Notes: a model not told the origin generated them from the letters alone. Counted from the stretch's first letter, positions 1 through 7,988 are shown. The stretch is DNA of 24,000 bases from Embleya sp. NBC_00888 (GCF_045207655.1 NZ_CP108784.1:230016-254015), one strand, 5' to 3'. Numbers and translations: made by a program.

Positions 1-1722
1 CTGCCGCCCGACACGTACGCCTCGGTCCTGACCCGGCTGCCCGACACGACGCGCCGGCGGGCGCTCACTTCGGCGGGTTCGTCGCTGGCTGCGCTGATTG
101 AACTCGAACTGCGCCGGGGCGACCGGGCCGGGCTCGCCGACCTCGCAGCGAACCAACGACTCACCTCGGCCGGCCGGCGACGACTTGCCGCTCTGCGCAT
201 CCCCGAGGTCGACGACGCGTTGCTGTTTCGCGACCTGGTCGACGCCGACGTCTGCCGCATCCTGCTCGCGCGCAGCCCGCATTCCCCGGATCGCATCGTC
301 GACCGCTTCCGGGGCCGGGACACCGTACGCATGCGGCCGTTGCTCGGCGCCGAGGACCTCGACGTGGTGGCCGCGGCGCTGGCGCGGACCCCGCAGCCGG
401 CTCCGCTGGACGACCCCCTGTTCGTGTCCGCCGCGCTGCGGTTGTGGCGTGTCCGGGGCGCCGACGCCGTGTACGCGGCGTTGCAGCGGACCGATCGGCG
501 GGTGACGGCGAACCACCTGCGGCTGCTGCGACCGTACCTGGAGGCACCGGACGGCCGGGCATTGCTCGAACAGCGCGCCTTGGACCACTCCGGACCCGAT
601 GGTCAGGTCCGCCGGCTGCGACTGGGCAGCAAGCGCAACTGCCCGCAGGACGTACTGGGGGGTGAGACCGACCTGGATTGGGACCTGCTGCTGCGCGCGC
701 ACCGGGAGAAGCCGTTCGGGGATCGGGCCCGGTTGGCGCTGCTCGGTCATTCCGACTGTCCGCCGGAGGCACCGCCCGAGCTGCTGCGCGGCTTGACCCG
801 ATGGGACCAGCGGATCGTCGCCGCCCTGTACGCGGGCGTCACCACGGCGGCGGAAGTCGTCCGGCACGCCGCCCCGGCCTGGGGAATGCTCGGATTCATC
901 GAGCGCCTCTCGCACCCCATCGACCGGGCGCCATGGGCAGGTTCGTCCTCCCCGTTCCTGTACGCGCTGCTCGACCTCGACCCGGCGGGCCTGCTCGGCG
1001 ACGACGTCGACGCGTGGCTGCGGCTGCTGCGCATCGGTCCCCGGTTCGCCGGGACGATCGCCGAAATGATCGATCTGGCCCGGCAGCCGGGCCACGTCCC
1101 GGAGTTGGTGCCGAGGACGAGGACGCAGGCACGGCCGAAGGGCAACCCCGGGGCTCTGCTGCTCCTGCTGGCTCCGCCGTCGACGGCTCTGGAGGTCGTC
1201 GAACACCTCGGCTACGGTGAGTTCGTCGAAGCCGTGGAGGGGCGGCGTGTCCCACTGCATCCGGAGTTGGCGGCGGTCGCCGAGCGTCGGAGGGTGCCGC
1301 AACGGCCCCCGTCCTGGCGCGAACCGCCGGTGGAGCAACTCGAACTGCCCACCCGCGAACGGTGCCTGGCCAAGCTCCGGGAACACCCGCTCGACCTCGA
1401 CGAGTCGCCGCGCTCGCGGCCCGGCGCCCGCTGGGTCTGGCCGGCGCTGGGCCTGCGCCTGATCGACGGCCGCGACCTGGTCGAGATCGGCCACCCGGCG
1501 GCGGCGGTCCTCACTCTCGTGGATCGTAGCCGGGTGACCGTCCCCGAGGCGCACGCGACCGCCACCGAGGCGATCCGCAACCTGGTTACGGGGCCGATGT
1601 CGGCACCCGACGCGGCCGACGCCTGGACCGTCGCCCTCACCTTGCTCGACGGCTTCGCCGGAACCGTCCCCGAACTGCTCACCACTGCCCGGGCCTCCAC
1701 TTCAAGATGCCCTACTGCGTGA
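1..1722 (+). CDS. Hypothetical modular repeat protein, 5'-partial (gene starts left of the window)
   Basis: Frame 1 is open from nt 1 (LPPDTYASVLTRLPDTTRRR...), so the TTG listed at 220 is internal. Stop codon at 1720-1722. Balanced L/A/D/E/R composition, unlike the R/P-rich shadow frames. It shares motif blocks with the 3778-6387 ORF: DLDWDLLLRAHREKPF..HSDCPPE; LGDDVDAWLRLLRIGPRFAGTIAEMIDLA; and a second copy DAADAWTVALTLLDGFAGTVPELLTTA. No named family recognised. Confidence 0.7.
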   Translation: MPPDTYASVLTRLPDTTRRRALTSAGSSLAALIELELRRGDRAGLADLAANQRLTSAGRRRLAALRIPEVDDALLFRDLVDADVCRILLARSPHSPDRIVDRFRGRDTVRMRPLLGAEDLDVVAAALARTPQPAPLDDPLFVSAALRLWRVRGADAVYAALQRTDRRVTANHLRLLRPYLEAPDGRALLEQRALDHSGPDGQVRRLRLGSKRNCPQDVLGGETDLDWDLLLRAHREKPFGDRARLALLGHSDCPPEAPPELLRGLTRWDQRIVAALYAGVTTAAEVVRHAAPAWGMLGFIERLSHPIDRAPWAGSSSPFLYALLDLDPAGLLGDDVDAWLRLLRIGPRFAGTIAEMIDLARQPGHVPELVPRTRTQARPKGNPGALLLLLAPPSTALEVVEHLGYGEFVEAVEGRRVPLHPELAAVAERRRVPQRPPSWREPPVEQLELPTRERCLAKLREHPLDLDESPRSRPGARWVWPALGLRLIDGRDLVEIGHPAAAVLTLVDRSRVTVPEAHATATEAIRNLVTGPMSAPDAADAWTVALTLLDGFAGTVPELLTTARASTSRCPTA

Positions 1723-1826
1723 TCACAGGTCTGTGACCGCCATCCGCCGCGTCGCCCCACGCGGTGAAGGCAACGCGTTCGCACGGTCACGCAGGGGGCG
1801 GCCGGCCCGATCCGAGACGCTCGAGC

Positions 1827-2159
1827 TCACAGGCGCCGCGCCGGTTCGTCCCGGGCCCAGTCGCAGACCGACCAGGGTGTGTGTGGTCTCCCTCCGTTCG
1901 GGATGAGCGAAGCCGCGCTCGGCGGGGCGCAGTAGTCCGGGCCGGCCGGCGTCGCGGCGGACTTCGAGGAGTCCGACTTCGTGGTCTTGTTGCCGCTCGA
2001 AGCGCTCGGCGTCTTCGCGGGTGAGGTGGCTCCCGCCGATGATTGGCTCGGCGAGGGATCCGAGTCGTCCCCGCTGCATCCGACACCGCCGACCAGGACG
2101 GTCGGTATCGCTGCCGTTGCGGCCATCTGTCGTTTCTGGATGGGGGCAGACTGGCACAC
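1827..2159 (-). CDS. Putative small secreted protein / lipoprotein
   Basis: Minus-strand ORF with high third-position GC. From GTG 2159 (or ATG 2126) it reads VCQSAPIQKRQMAATAAIPTVLVGGVGC|SGDDSDPSPSQSS... This gives a basic n-region, a hydrophobic core, a Cys, then an S/T/P/D-rich linker, with two more Cys near the C-terminus. The lipobox (GVGC) is non-canonical and no clear SD is present, so both the start and the reality of the gene are uncertain. Confidence 0.4.
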   Translation of the reverse strand: MCQSAPIQKRQMAATAAIPTVLVGGVGCSGDDSDPSPSQSSAGATSPAKTPSASSGNKTTKSDSSKSAATPAGPDYCAPPSAASLIPNGGRPHTPWSVCDWARDEPARRL

Positions 2160-2218
2160 GGTGGCACCGCCGGGCCACGAACCGCGGCTGCCGCTCCGCT
2201 GCGCGTCGCGGTCTGCTG

Positions 2219-2605
2219 CTACCCGGTCGGGTGGGGCAGTGGTGACGAGGCGGAGGCATGCATGCCGTGGCAGTCCGACGACACCACCCCCCGAGCCTCG
2301 GGCGGACTCTGGGCGCGCCGACCGTCGAGGCGGATCGTCCACGGCTCGACGCCGTCCACTCGAAGATGCGTCTCGCTCCACGGATCACGCGCGAGCATGG
2401 CACGCACGGTGTCCTGCGATTCGGCCTCGACGACGAGCACCACGCGATGCTCGTCGCCGAGTGGTCCGCCCAACACGACGACACCCGACTTCACGAGCTC
2501 GTCCATAAAGGATGCGTGGGCGGGCCAGTCGGACTGCTCCTGCATGGGGCGGGACGGATCCCACTGAGGACCGGAGCGGCGGAGGAAGACGAGGAACACA
2601 GCCAC
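2219..2605 (-). CDS. YciI-family (YCII-related domain) protein
   Basis: GTG start at 2605. The sequence MAVFLVFLRRSGPQWDPSRPMQEQSDWPAHASFMDELVKSGVVVLGGPLGDEHRVVLVVEAESQDTVRAMLARDPWSETHLRVDGVEPWTIRLD matches the usual YciI-like pattern: N-terminal beta strand, H..f...l...G.l...GPl, liveaes.e.a..ll..DPw. Confidence 0.8.
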   Translation of the reverse strand: MAVFLVFLRRSGPQWDPSRPMQEQSDWPAHASFMDELVKSGVVVLGGPLGDEHRVVLVVEAESQDTVRAMLARDPWSETHLRVDGVEPWTIRLDGRRAQSPPEARGVVSSDCHGMHASASSPLPHPTG

Positions 2606-2635
2606 ACTCGGACTCTACCGATGAGTCCGATGTGT

Positions 2636-3085
2636 TCAGTCGTTGTCGATGAGGTTGAGGCCGTGGTCGAGGTGGGCGTGGAATGTGGGCCGGGCGCCGG
2701 TCGGACCGCTCAGGACGAACTCGTAGGCGGCGTCGTCGGGGTCCAAGAGGTGTCCGCGGACTTCCGCTTCGTACCAGCCGGGTGGTACGGCAATGCGACG
2801 ATGCCGGGGATGGTCGGGTGTCCACTTCGTGAGGTAGCCCAGGCCACACAGCAGCAGCTCTCCCGACCGGACGTGCAGAACCCACCCGGCGGATGTCACC
2901 TTGGGGTCCTGCCACGGTGAAGGGCTCCGGGCGTGGCGTACGAGCACGGTGTAGAAGCCGGGATCGATGTTCTGCGCGGGAATCGCGATGCCGTCACGTA
3001 CGACCCGATCGCCCTGCTCACTCGTGCTGAACAACTGCAGCAGATTCCTGCCGACGACGAGGTATACGGAACGCCACTCCGGCAA
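2636..3085 (-). CDS. Hypothetical protein (start uncertain: TTG 3085, ATG 3151 or GTG 2947)
   Basis: This is the only open frame across 2636-2966. The translation is natural-looking: ...VYLVVGRNLLQLFSTSEQGDRVVRDGIAIPAQNIDPGFYTVLVRHARSPSPWQDPKVTSAGWVLHVRSGELLLCGLGYLTKWTPDHPRHRRIAVPPGWYEAEVRGHLLDPDDAAYEFVLSGPTGARPTFHAHLDHGLNLIDND. The N-terminal 90 codons of the listed 232-aa ORF are the antisense shadow of the NUDIX gene. No family recognised. Confidence 0.6.
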   Translation of the reverse strand: MPEWRSVYLVVGRNLLQLFSTSEQGDRVVRDGIAIPAQNIDPGFYTVLVRHARSPSPWQDPKVTSAGWVLHVRSGELLLCGLGYLTKWTPDHPRHRRIAVPPGWYEAEVRGHLLDPDDAAYEFVLSGPTGARPTFHAHLDHGLNLIDND

Positions 3086-3452
3086 GCTCGACCCGGGCGA
3101 GACGCCGACCGCGGCCTGCGCCCGCGAGGCGTGGGAGGAGACCGGCGTCATCGTCGACCCCGACCACCTCAGGCTCGCCCATACCGTCCACCACCACCAG
3201 GGCGACGGCGCCCCCGACCGCATCGGCTTCTTCTTCGAAGCCACCGCGTGGGAACACGAACCGGTCAACAGGGAAGCCGACAAATGCCTGCGCCTGGCGT
3301 GGTTCGCCGTCCACGACCTCCCTGACGACCTCATCCCCTACCCGGAGGCCGGCCTGCGCGCATACCTCGACGGCGACCCCGGCATCACCGTGCACGGCCG
3401 GCCGGACGACACCGAACGCGTTCGACGGACTGAATCACCGACCCGAGAGTGA
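2967..3452 (+). CDS. NUDIX hydrolase (N-terminus uncertain, possibly truncated or degenerate)
   Basis: Clear Nudix box G-x5-E-x7-RE-U-x-EE-x-G-U, GKLDPGETPTAACAREAWEETGV, starting at 3081. Plausible downstream fold (RIGFFFEATAWEHEP..., LAWFAVHDLPDDLIPYPEAGLRAYL). The 31-38 codons before the box (from ATG 2988 or 2967) are Cys/Ser/Thr/Arg-rich, lack the usual W.LPGG, and overlap the divergent minus-strand ORF. Confidence 0.6.
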   Translation: MFCAGIAMPSRTTRSPCSLVLNNCSRFLPTTRYTERHSGKLDPGETPTAACAREAWEETGVIVDPDHLRLAHTVHHHQGDGAPDRIGFFFEATAWEHEPVNREADKCLRLAWFAVHDLPDDLIPYPEAGLRAYLDGDPGITVHGRPDDTERVRRTESPTRE

Positions 3453-3777
3453 TTCGCACCGACAGCCGATGCGCGGGACTCTCCCGATCGACCGGCAGGC
3501 TTTGTGTGCCGCAACTGTGAACGGACGCCCCGAGCCACGGAGTTCGAGCTGCCCACGACGCGCAGGCCCTGACGCATCGTGGGCCGCCGGTTCGGGACGT
3601 TCGGTCGTTCAGTGCCCGGTGAGCACGATGACGGCGTCGGCGCCGAGGGTCCGCGTGATCCACTCGTGCGGTTACGGGAGGGCACGCGTCCGCAACGCGG
3701 CGCGGGTGGCGACTCGATCGGCGGCATCGACCGGGAGGGAAACCGGCTTCGAGGCCACCCGTACGGGTGAGCGGCTT

Positions 3778-6387
3778 CTACCCGCCGGCGACGGATGCGG
3801 CGGCCACGTCCAGGAGTTCGCCGAGTGTGCCGTGGAACTCCGGGGCGAGGTGCACCGCGACCGCCCACGCGTCGACCGACCTCCCGAGCCGCGCGCGCAG
3901 CAGGGCGCCGAGTTCCGCCGTCACCGGGTGGTCGACCTCGAACCGGGCAAACAATCGCAACGTGTACGGCACGAACCGGCATTCGTCGACGACATCGCGC
4001 ACGGTCAGCCGCCCGTCCCGCAGATGCGCCTCCGGCCAGCCGCCGCCGTCCTCGATGCGGGTCCCGCGCCGCAGCCCCGCCACGCTCAGTTCGCGTGGGC
4101 AGTCGGGGTGGCGCAGCGCGCCCATCAGCGCGTGCGTCGGCAGCGGATCGAACGCCTGCTCGTGCTCCGCCGCGATCAGCGCGTCCCACGGCAGTGGGTC
4201 CCACTCCTCCAACACTTCCGCCGGAGCGTCCTCGCTGCGCAGCGCGGCGATCATCCGGTCGCGCGCGGTCGGCCCGGTGATCCAGGCCCGCAGGAGTGCC
4301 GGCCCGTCGGGCGCGGCGAGCGCCTGACGCGCGACGGTGTCCGCCCCACCCGGTACGGGGGTCCCCCAGCTGCCGCGGAGCGTGCGGAGGTCGGTCTCCG
4401 CGATCAGCGTCGCGACCTCGTCCCGCCCGGCGCGTTCCCACAGTACGACCAACGCCCGCAGCCTGCCGACCTCGGTGCGGGGGATGCCCTGCCTGATCGT
4501 CTCGCGCAGTACGCGCGGTTGGCCGGACAACGCCGCGAGCCGGAACCGCTCGTCGCGCCCCCCCACTTCGTAGCGCCGCAGGTCGGCCAGCACGTCCTCG
4601 GCCACCGGCACCGCGCCCGCACGGCCCGCGCGGTCGACGCCGGCGAGGACGCGGGCCCGCTGTGCGCCGGTGATCGGCCCGTACCGGAAGAGGGCCGCGT
4701 TGACGTCCGGGTCGTCCAGGTCGAGGAGTTCCGCGACCGCGTCGGCGGGTTGCTCGACGAGCGCGGCCTGGCCGAGGGCCGCCGTCTTGCCGTGCGTGTC
4801 CCGGATCCGCCGGCGCAGCCCGGTGTCGGCGGCGCTCGGCATGAGCAACTGCTGTGCGGCGCGCGGGTCCAGGATCGCCACGAGCGCGTCCCGGACGTCG
4901 GGTGCCGCGTGCGCGAACAGGACGAGGAACGCGAAGTCGCCCGGGGCGGGCGCGGTGGCGGCAGGGACGGCCGCCCTCGGCGGAGCCGGCTCGCCGGTCG
5001 AGGCGAGGACCGAGGCGACCAGGTCGACCGGCGTGCCCCGGGTGTTCCCGTGGCCCCGGCACAGCGCCGTCCACGCGGCGGGGGAGGCGCCCAGTCGCGC
5101 GGCGAGGCCGGCCAGCGCCGCGCGTACCGCGGGCACGTCGGTGGGCAGGCACTCGAACACCACGTGTGCGGGAGCCGCTTCGGCCAGCACCCGCACGGGG
5201 TCCAGGGCCCCGGCCCGCAGGCCCTTGGCCAGACCGTCGGCCCACTCCCCGCCGACCGGGTCCACCTCCGACGCAGTGAATACCTCGAGCGGCGGCACTC
5301 GGGGCGACACGTCGAAGACGGTGTACGGGTCCTCGCGCACCGCCGCGGCGTACAGGTCGTCGGGGCAGTCGGCGCGCACGGTCAACGCCGAGAGCGCGGG
5401 CCCCACGAACGGCCGACGGGCGTGCTCACCGCGGACCAGCTCCCAGTCGACCTCCGGGAGTTCGGCGAAGGCGGCGACAGCGCGGCCGGCGTACCCGTGG
5501 CCGAGACGGTCGACGCGCACGCGCGCGGCGTCGGCCGGACGCCTCTCCCACTCGCCGGCCGCGCGCCGTACGCCCGGCAGCAGCCGGTCGAGCGCGGTCG
5601 GCGACGCGGCGGCCTCCGCCGCGTCGCCCCACCGGCCCGCGAGCTTCGGATGCCCGAGAGCGTCGCGCTCGGCAGCCGCGACGGCGAACTCCGCGACCAC
5701 GTCGTCGCCGACCCGGCGCAGCCGCCGGCAACCCTCGAGCAGCACCGCGGGCGGCAGATCGGGGCCGAGGGCGAGCAGCGTGCGGGCGAGCACCTCGGGG
5801 AACGGCGCCCGCAGCGCGGCGATCGGCCAATCGTCCGGAAGCCGATTGTCCGGACCGTCGGAGAGCAACTCCTCGACCAGGCATGCCGGCCGGTACCACC
5901 GCCTGTCGGACGCGTCCGCTGCGTCCAGCACCGCCGCGCGCACCGCGTCGGCCTCGGCGTCACCGGCCCGGCCCGCCCGCGAGTACAGCAAGGCGGACAC
6001 CTCCGGCTCGCCCAGCCGCGCGAGCGCCAGACGCACCGCGAGGGAGGTGTGCGTGTTCCCCGCCAGCGCCTCCCACAGCCGGACCTCACCCGAGGCCAAC
6101 ACGGCGTCGGCCAACTCCGCCGGCATCGGTTCGTCCGCGCGAAGCCCAGCCTCGACCCGCCCCGCAAACCGGTCGACCAACGCCGAGTGACACACCGGAT
6201 CGGCGGCCCGGAACACCACCACCAGCGACGCCGCGTCCGCGCCATGCGCCAAGACCCCCACGTCCCCCGCCCTTTCCTCCTCCGCCCGCACGACCGAGAG
6301 CGACCGCCGTGCTCGGGCCACCCGGCAATCCGCCCTCAGCGTGCCACAGCCCCCACGCTCCCTGCGTTTGCCCGCCGGGCCGCCCAA
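3778..6387 (-). CDS. Large hypothetical modular repeat protein, paralogue of the 1-1722 ORF
   Basis: 869-codon minus-strand ORF of natural composition. The 1041-codon plus-strand ORF over it is an R/G/P-rich shadow. It contains two copies of the module seen in ORF 1-1722. The first is EVDWELVRGEHARRPF..RADCPDD ... LGASPAAWTALCRGHGNTRGTPVDLVASVLA. The second is PLPWDALIAAEHEQAF..RHPDCPRE ... LGRSVDAWAVAVHLAPEFHGTLGELLDVA. The listed start at 6387 is TTG. GTG at 6261, preceded by GGAGGAGGAAAGGGCGGGGGAC, is a plausible alternative start. Confidence 0.8.
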   Translation of the reverse strand: MGGPAGKRRERGGCGTLRADCRVARARRSLSVVRAEEERAGDVGVLAHGADAASLVVVFRAADPVCHSALVDRFAGRVEAGLRADEPMPAELADAVLASGEVRLWEALAGNTHTSLAVRLALARLGEPEVSALLYSRAGRAGDAEADAVRAAVLDAADASDRRWYRPACLVEELLSDGPDNRLPDDWPIAALRAPFPEVLARTLLALGPDLPPAVLLEGCRRLRRVGDDVVAEFAVAAAERDALGHPKLAGRWGDAAEAAASPTALDRLLPGVRRAAGEWERRPADAARVRVDRLGHGYAGRAVAAFAELPEVDWELVRGEHARRPFVGPALSALTVRADCPDDLYAAAVREDPYTVFDVSPRVPPLEVFTASEVDPVGGEWADGLAKGLRAGALDPVRVLAEAAPAHVVFECLPTDVPAVRAALAGLAARLGASPAAWTALCRGHGNTRGTPVDLVASVLASTGEPAPPRAAVPAATAPAPGDFAFLVLFAHAAPDVRDALVAILDPRAAQQLLMPSAADTGLRRRIRDTHGKTAALGQAALVEQPADAVAELLDLDDPDVNAALFRYGPITGAQRARVLAGVDRAGRAGAVPVAEDVLADLRRYEVGGRDERFRLAALSGQPRVLRETIRQGIPRTEVGRLRALVVLWERAGRDEVATLIAETDLRTLRGSWGTPVPGGADTVARQALAAPDGPALLRAWITGPTARDRMIAALRSEDAPAEVLEEWDPLPWDALIAAEHEQAFDPLPTHALMGALRHPDCPRELSVAGLRRGTRIEDGGGWPEAHLRDGRLTVRDVVDECRFVPYTLRLFARFEVDHPVTAELGALLRARLGRSVDAWAVAVHLAPEFHGTLGELLDVAAASVAGG
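6324..6351. repeat. Direct repeat copy 1 (GGCAATCCGCCCTCAGCGTGCCACAGCC)
   Basis: Matches 6418-6443 (GGCGATCCGCCCTCAGTGCCACCGCC) apart from two substitutions and a 2-nt indel. It lies in the 5' region or leader of the 3778-6387 gene. Confidence 0.6.
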
Positions 6388-6417
6388 CCGGGAACGCCCG
6401 CCGTGGCCGGGCCACGC

Positions 6418-6443
6418 GGCGATCCGCCCTCAGTGCCACCGCC
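6418..6443. repeat. Direct repeat copy 2
   Basis: See copy 1. The two copies start 94 nt apart, in the same orientation. Confidence 0.6.
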
Positions 6444-6517
6444 GGCTGCGAGCCGTGACCCTGCTTCCGGCGAGCGAGCACGTACAACACGCCCCGGGCT
6501 GATCCGACGGACCCCGA

Positions 6518-7355
6518 TCAGGGGGCCTGTCCGCCGAAGTCGGTGGCGTGGTCGGCAGCCCAGGCGGCGAAGTCGCGGGCCGGGCGGCCGATGACGTCGC
6601 GGATGGTGTCGGTGACCGGTGCGGGGTGGTCGACAAGGGCGGCGAGGCGGCGGATTCGGGTCTCGACGACCTCCGCGTCGGCCCACCGGCCCAGGCGCAT
6701 CGCGCGGTAGTCGTCCGGTGGTTGCGTCAACATCGAGACCGACCGGGCCGAGGACATCCGATGAGCTCGGCCTGCCGGCGCGCGGTGAGGGATTCGGGCC
6801 CGGTCAGGGTGTGGACGGCTCCGTGATGCCCCGGCTCGGTCGAGGCGCACCGGCGACCGGCGCGATGTCGGCCTCGTGGATCAGCGCCGAGCTCGAGTCG
6901 GGAAAGGCCTCGTGGACCACGCCGTCACCGCGGATCGACTCGGCCCTCAGCAGCCGGTTGGTGGCGAACCCGCCGGAGCGCACGAAGGTGTACGGGATCG
7001 CCGAAGCGCGGACCGCCAGTTCGGCCTCGCCGTGGGACCACCGGCTGTATCTCACCCAACGGTGGCACACACGAGGACACAGCCTGGCAGTGGCCAACCC
7101 CAACCACACGTCCACGCAAGGGAGTTCCTGGAGACTCACCGCCCGGCCCGTGATCGTCCTCCCCGAAACGATCACCCTCGCCCGCGTCCTCGCACGCCGG
7201 CCACGGACACCCCGACCGAAGGCCACCCGGACGTGACCGCATTCCTCGGACACGCCGCCCACGCGCTCGGCTCCGGCCGCCTCGCCCCCGAACCCCGAAG
7301 GCCATTTCTTCTGCCGATTCGACGGGCCGCAGCACGCTGACCTGGGCTGTCTCAC
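6518..7355 (-). pseudogene. NmrA-family / atypical SDR NAD(P)-binding protein, frameshifted pseudogene
   Basis: NmrA-like motifs occur in the canonical order but on three minus-strand frames. First frame: ...SHGEAELAVRASAIPYTFVRSGGFATNRLLRAESIRGDGVVHEAFPDSSSALIHEADIAPVAG (ORF 6804-7355). Second frame: EPGHHGAVHTLTGPESLTARRQAELIG (about 6760-6845). Third frame: SVSMLTQPPDDYRAMRLGRWADAEVVETRIRRLAALVDHPAPVTDTIRDVIGRPARDFAAWAADHATDF (ORF 6518-6850). That implies at least two frameshifts, near 6845 and 6750. The N-terminal GxxGxxG Rossmann motif is not recognisable. Confidence 0.65.
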
Positions 7356-7456
7356 TTGGCCTTGTCCCTGACGTGCGAACCGGACGAGGTCAAGTGAAAC
7401 GGAGGCAATGTCTCGTGCCGAGTAGCCGAGGGGAGTTTCACCCCTCGGCTCTCACA

Positions 7457-7490
7457 GAACCGTGCATAACAGTCTCCCGTTACACGGCTC
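7457..7490 (-). ncRNA. Group II intron domain V (outer intron)
   Basis: A 34-nt hairpin, GAGCCGUGUAAC-GGGA-GACUGUUAUGCACGGUUC. It has the AGC triad position and a 2-nt bulge in the 3' strand, and lies directly after the IEP stop. Confidence 0.85.
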
Positions 7491-7505
7491 TTGTCGTCCT
7501 GATCA

Positions 7506-7948
7506 TCAGATCAGTGAGGCGTCCACGGTGAGGCGCCAGTGCGCGAACATGCGGGGGTATCGCCGGGCGATCTCCCGCAGTTTCGCGGTGGCCTTCCGCT
7601 TGGCCTTGAGCCGTTTGTACTTCTGGCGGATCCAGCGCACCAGGTAGGCGTTGATGCGCATCAGGAAGGGGTGCAGTTCCCACGGCCGGAAGCGGCCGAA
7701 GTAGTTGATCCAGCCCGCCACCATGGGGTTGACCCAGCGGGCGAGCTCGTTGAAGGACAGATCGGAGCGGGTGTGCAACTGCCAGGAGCGCACCTCCCGG
7801 CCGATCCTCGTCAGGGCGTCTCGGCTGACGGCCGGTTCGAACGACAGGAAGAGCCTGCCGTGTCGGTTCCGGTTTCGTCTGGCGCGGAACGTGTATCCGA
7901 GGAAGGTGAACGCCTCGTGCTCGAAAGAGCCTCGGCGGGAACCGTTCT
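7506..7948 (-). CDS. Outer-intron RT/maturase ORF, 3' segment (X/maturase domain)
   Basis: ...(K)NGSRRGSFEHEAFTFLGYTFRARRNRNRHGRLFLSFEPAVSRDALTRIGREVRSWQLH...VNPMVAGWINYFGRF...RINAYLVRWIRQKYKRLKAKRKA...* is collinear with the inner IEP's C-terminus. 817 nt + 443 nt = 1260 nt, which is 419 codons plus a stop once joined. Confidence 0.85.
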
Positions 7949-7988
7949 GTCGGGTGGCCCGGGGGAATCGCACCCCCGGGCTCCCACA

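Noticed and set aside
6341-6351. TGGCAC on the minus strand within the direct repeats, as a sigma-54 -24 element
   Set aside because: The spacing to the nearest TTGC is 12 nt rather than 5. As far as I know, actinobacteria lack RpoN.
3469-6594. Longest ORF in the window (1041 aa, plus strand)
   Set aside because: It is extremely Arg/Gly/Pro-rich with no recognisable motif. It is the antisense shadow of the 869-aa minus-strand ORF, which has natural composition and internal paralogy with ORF 1-1722.
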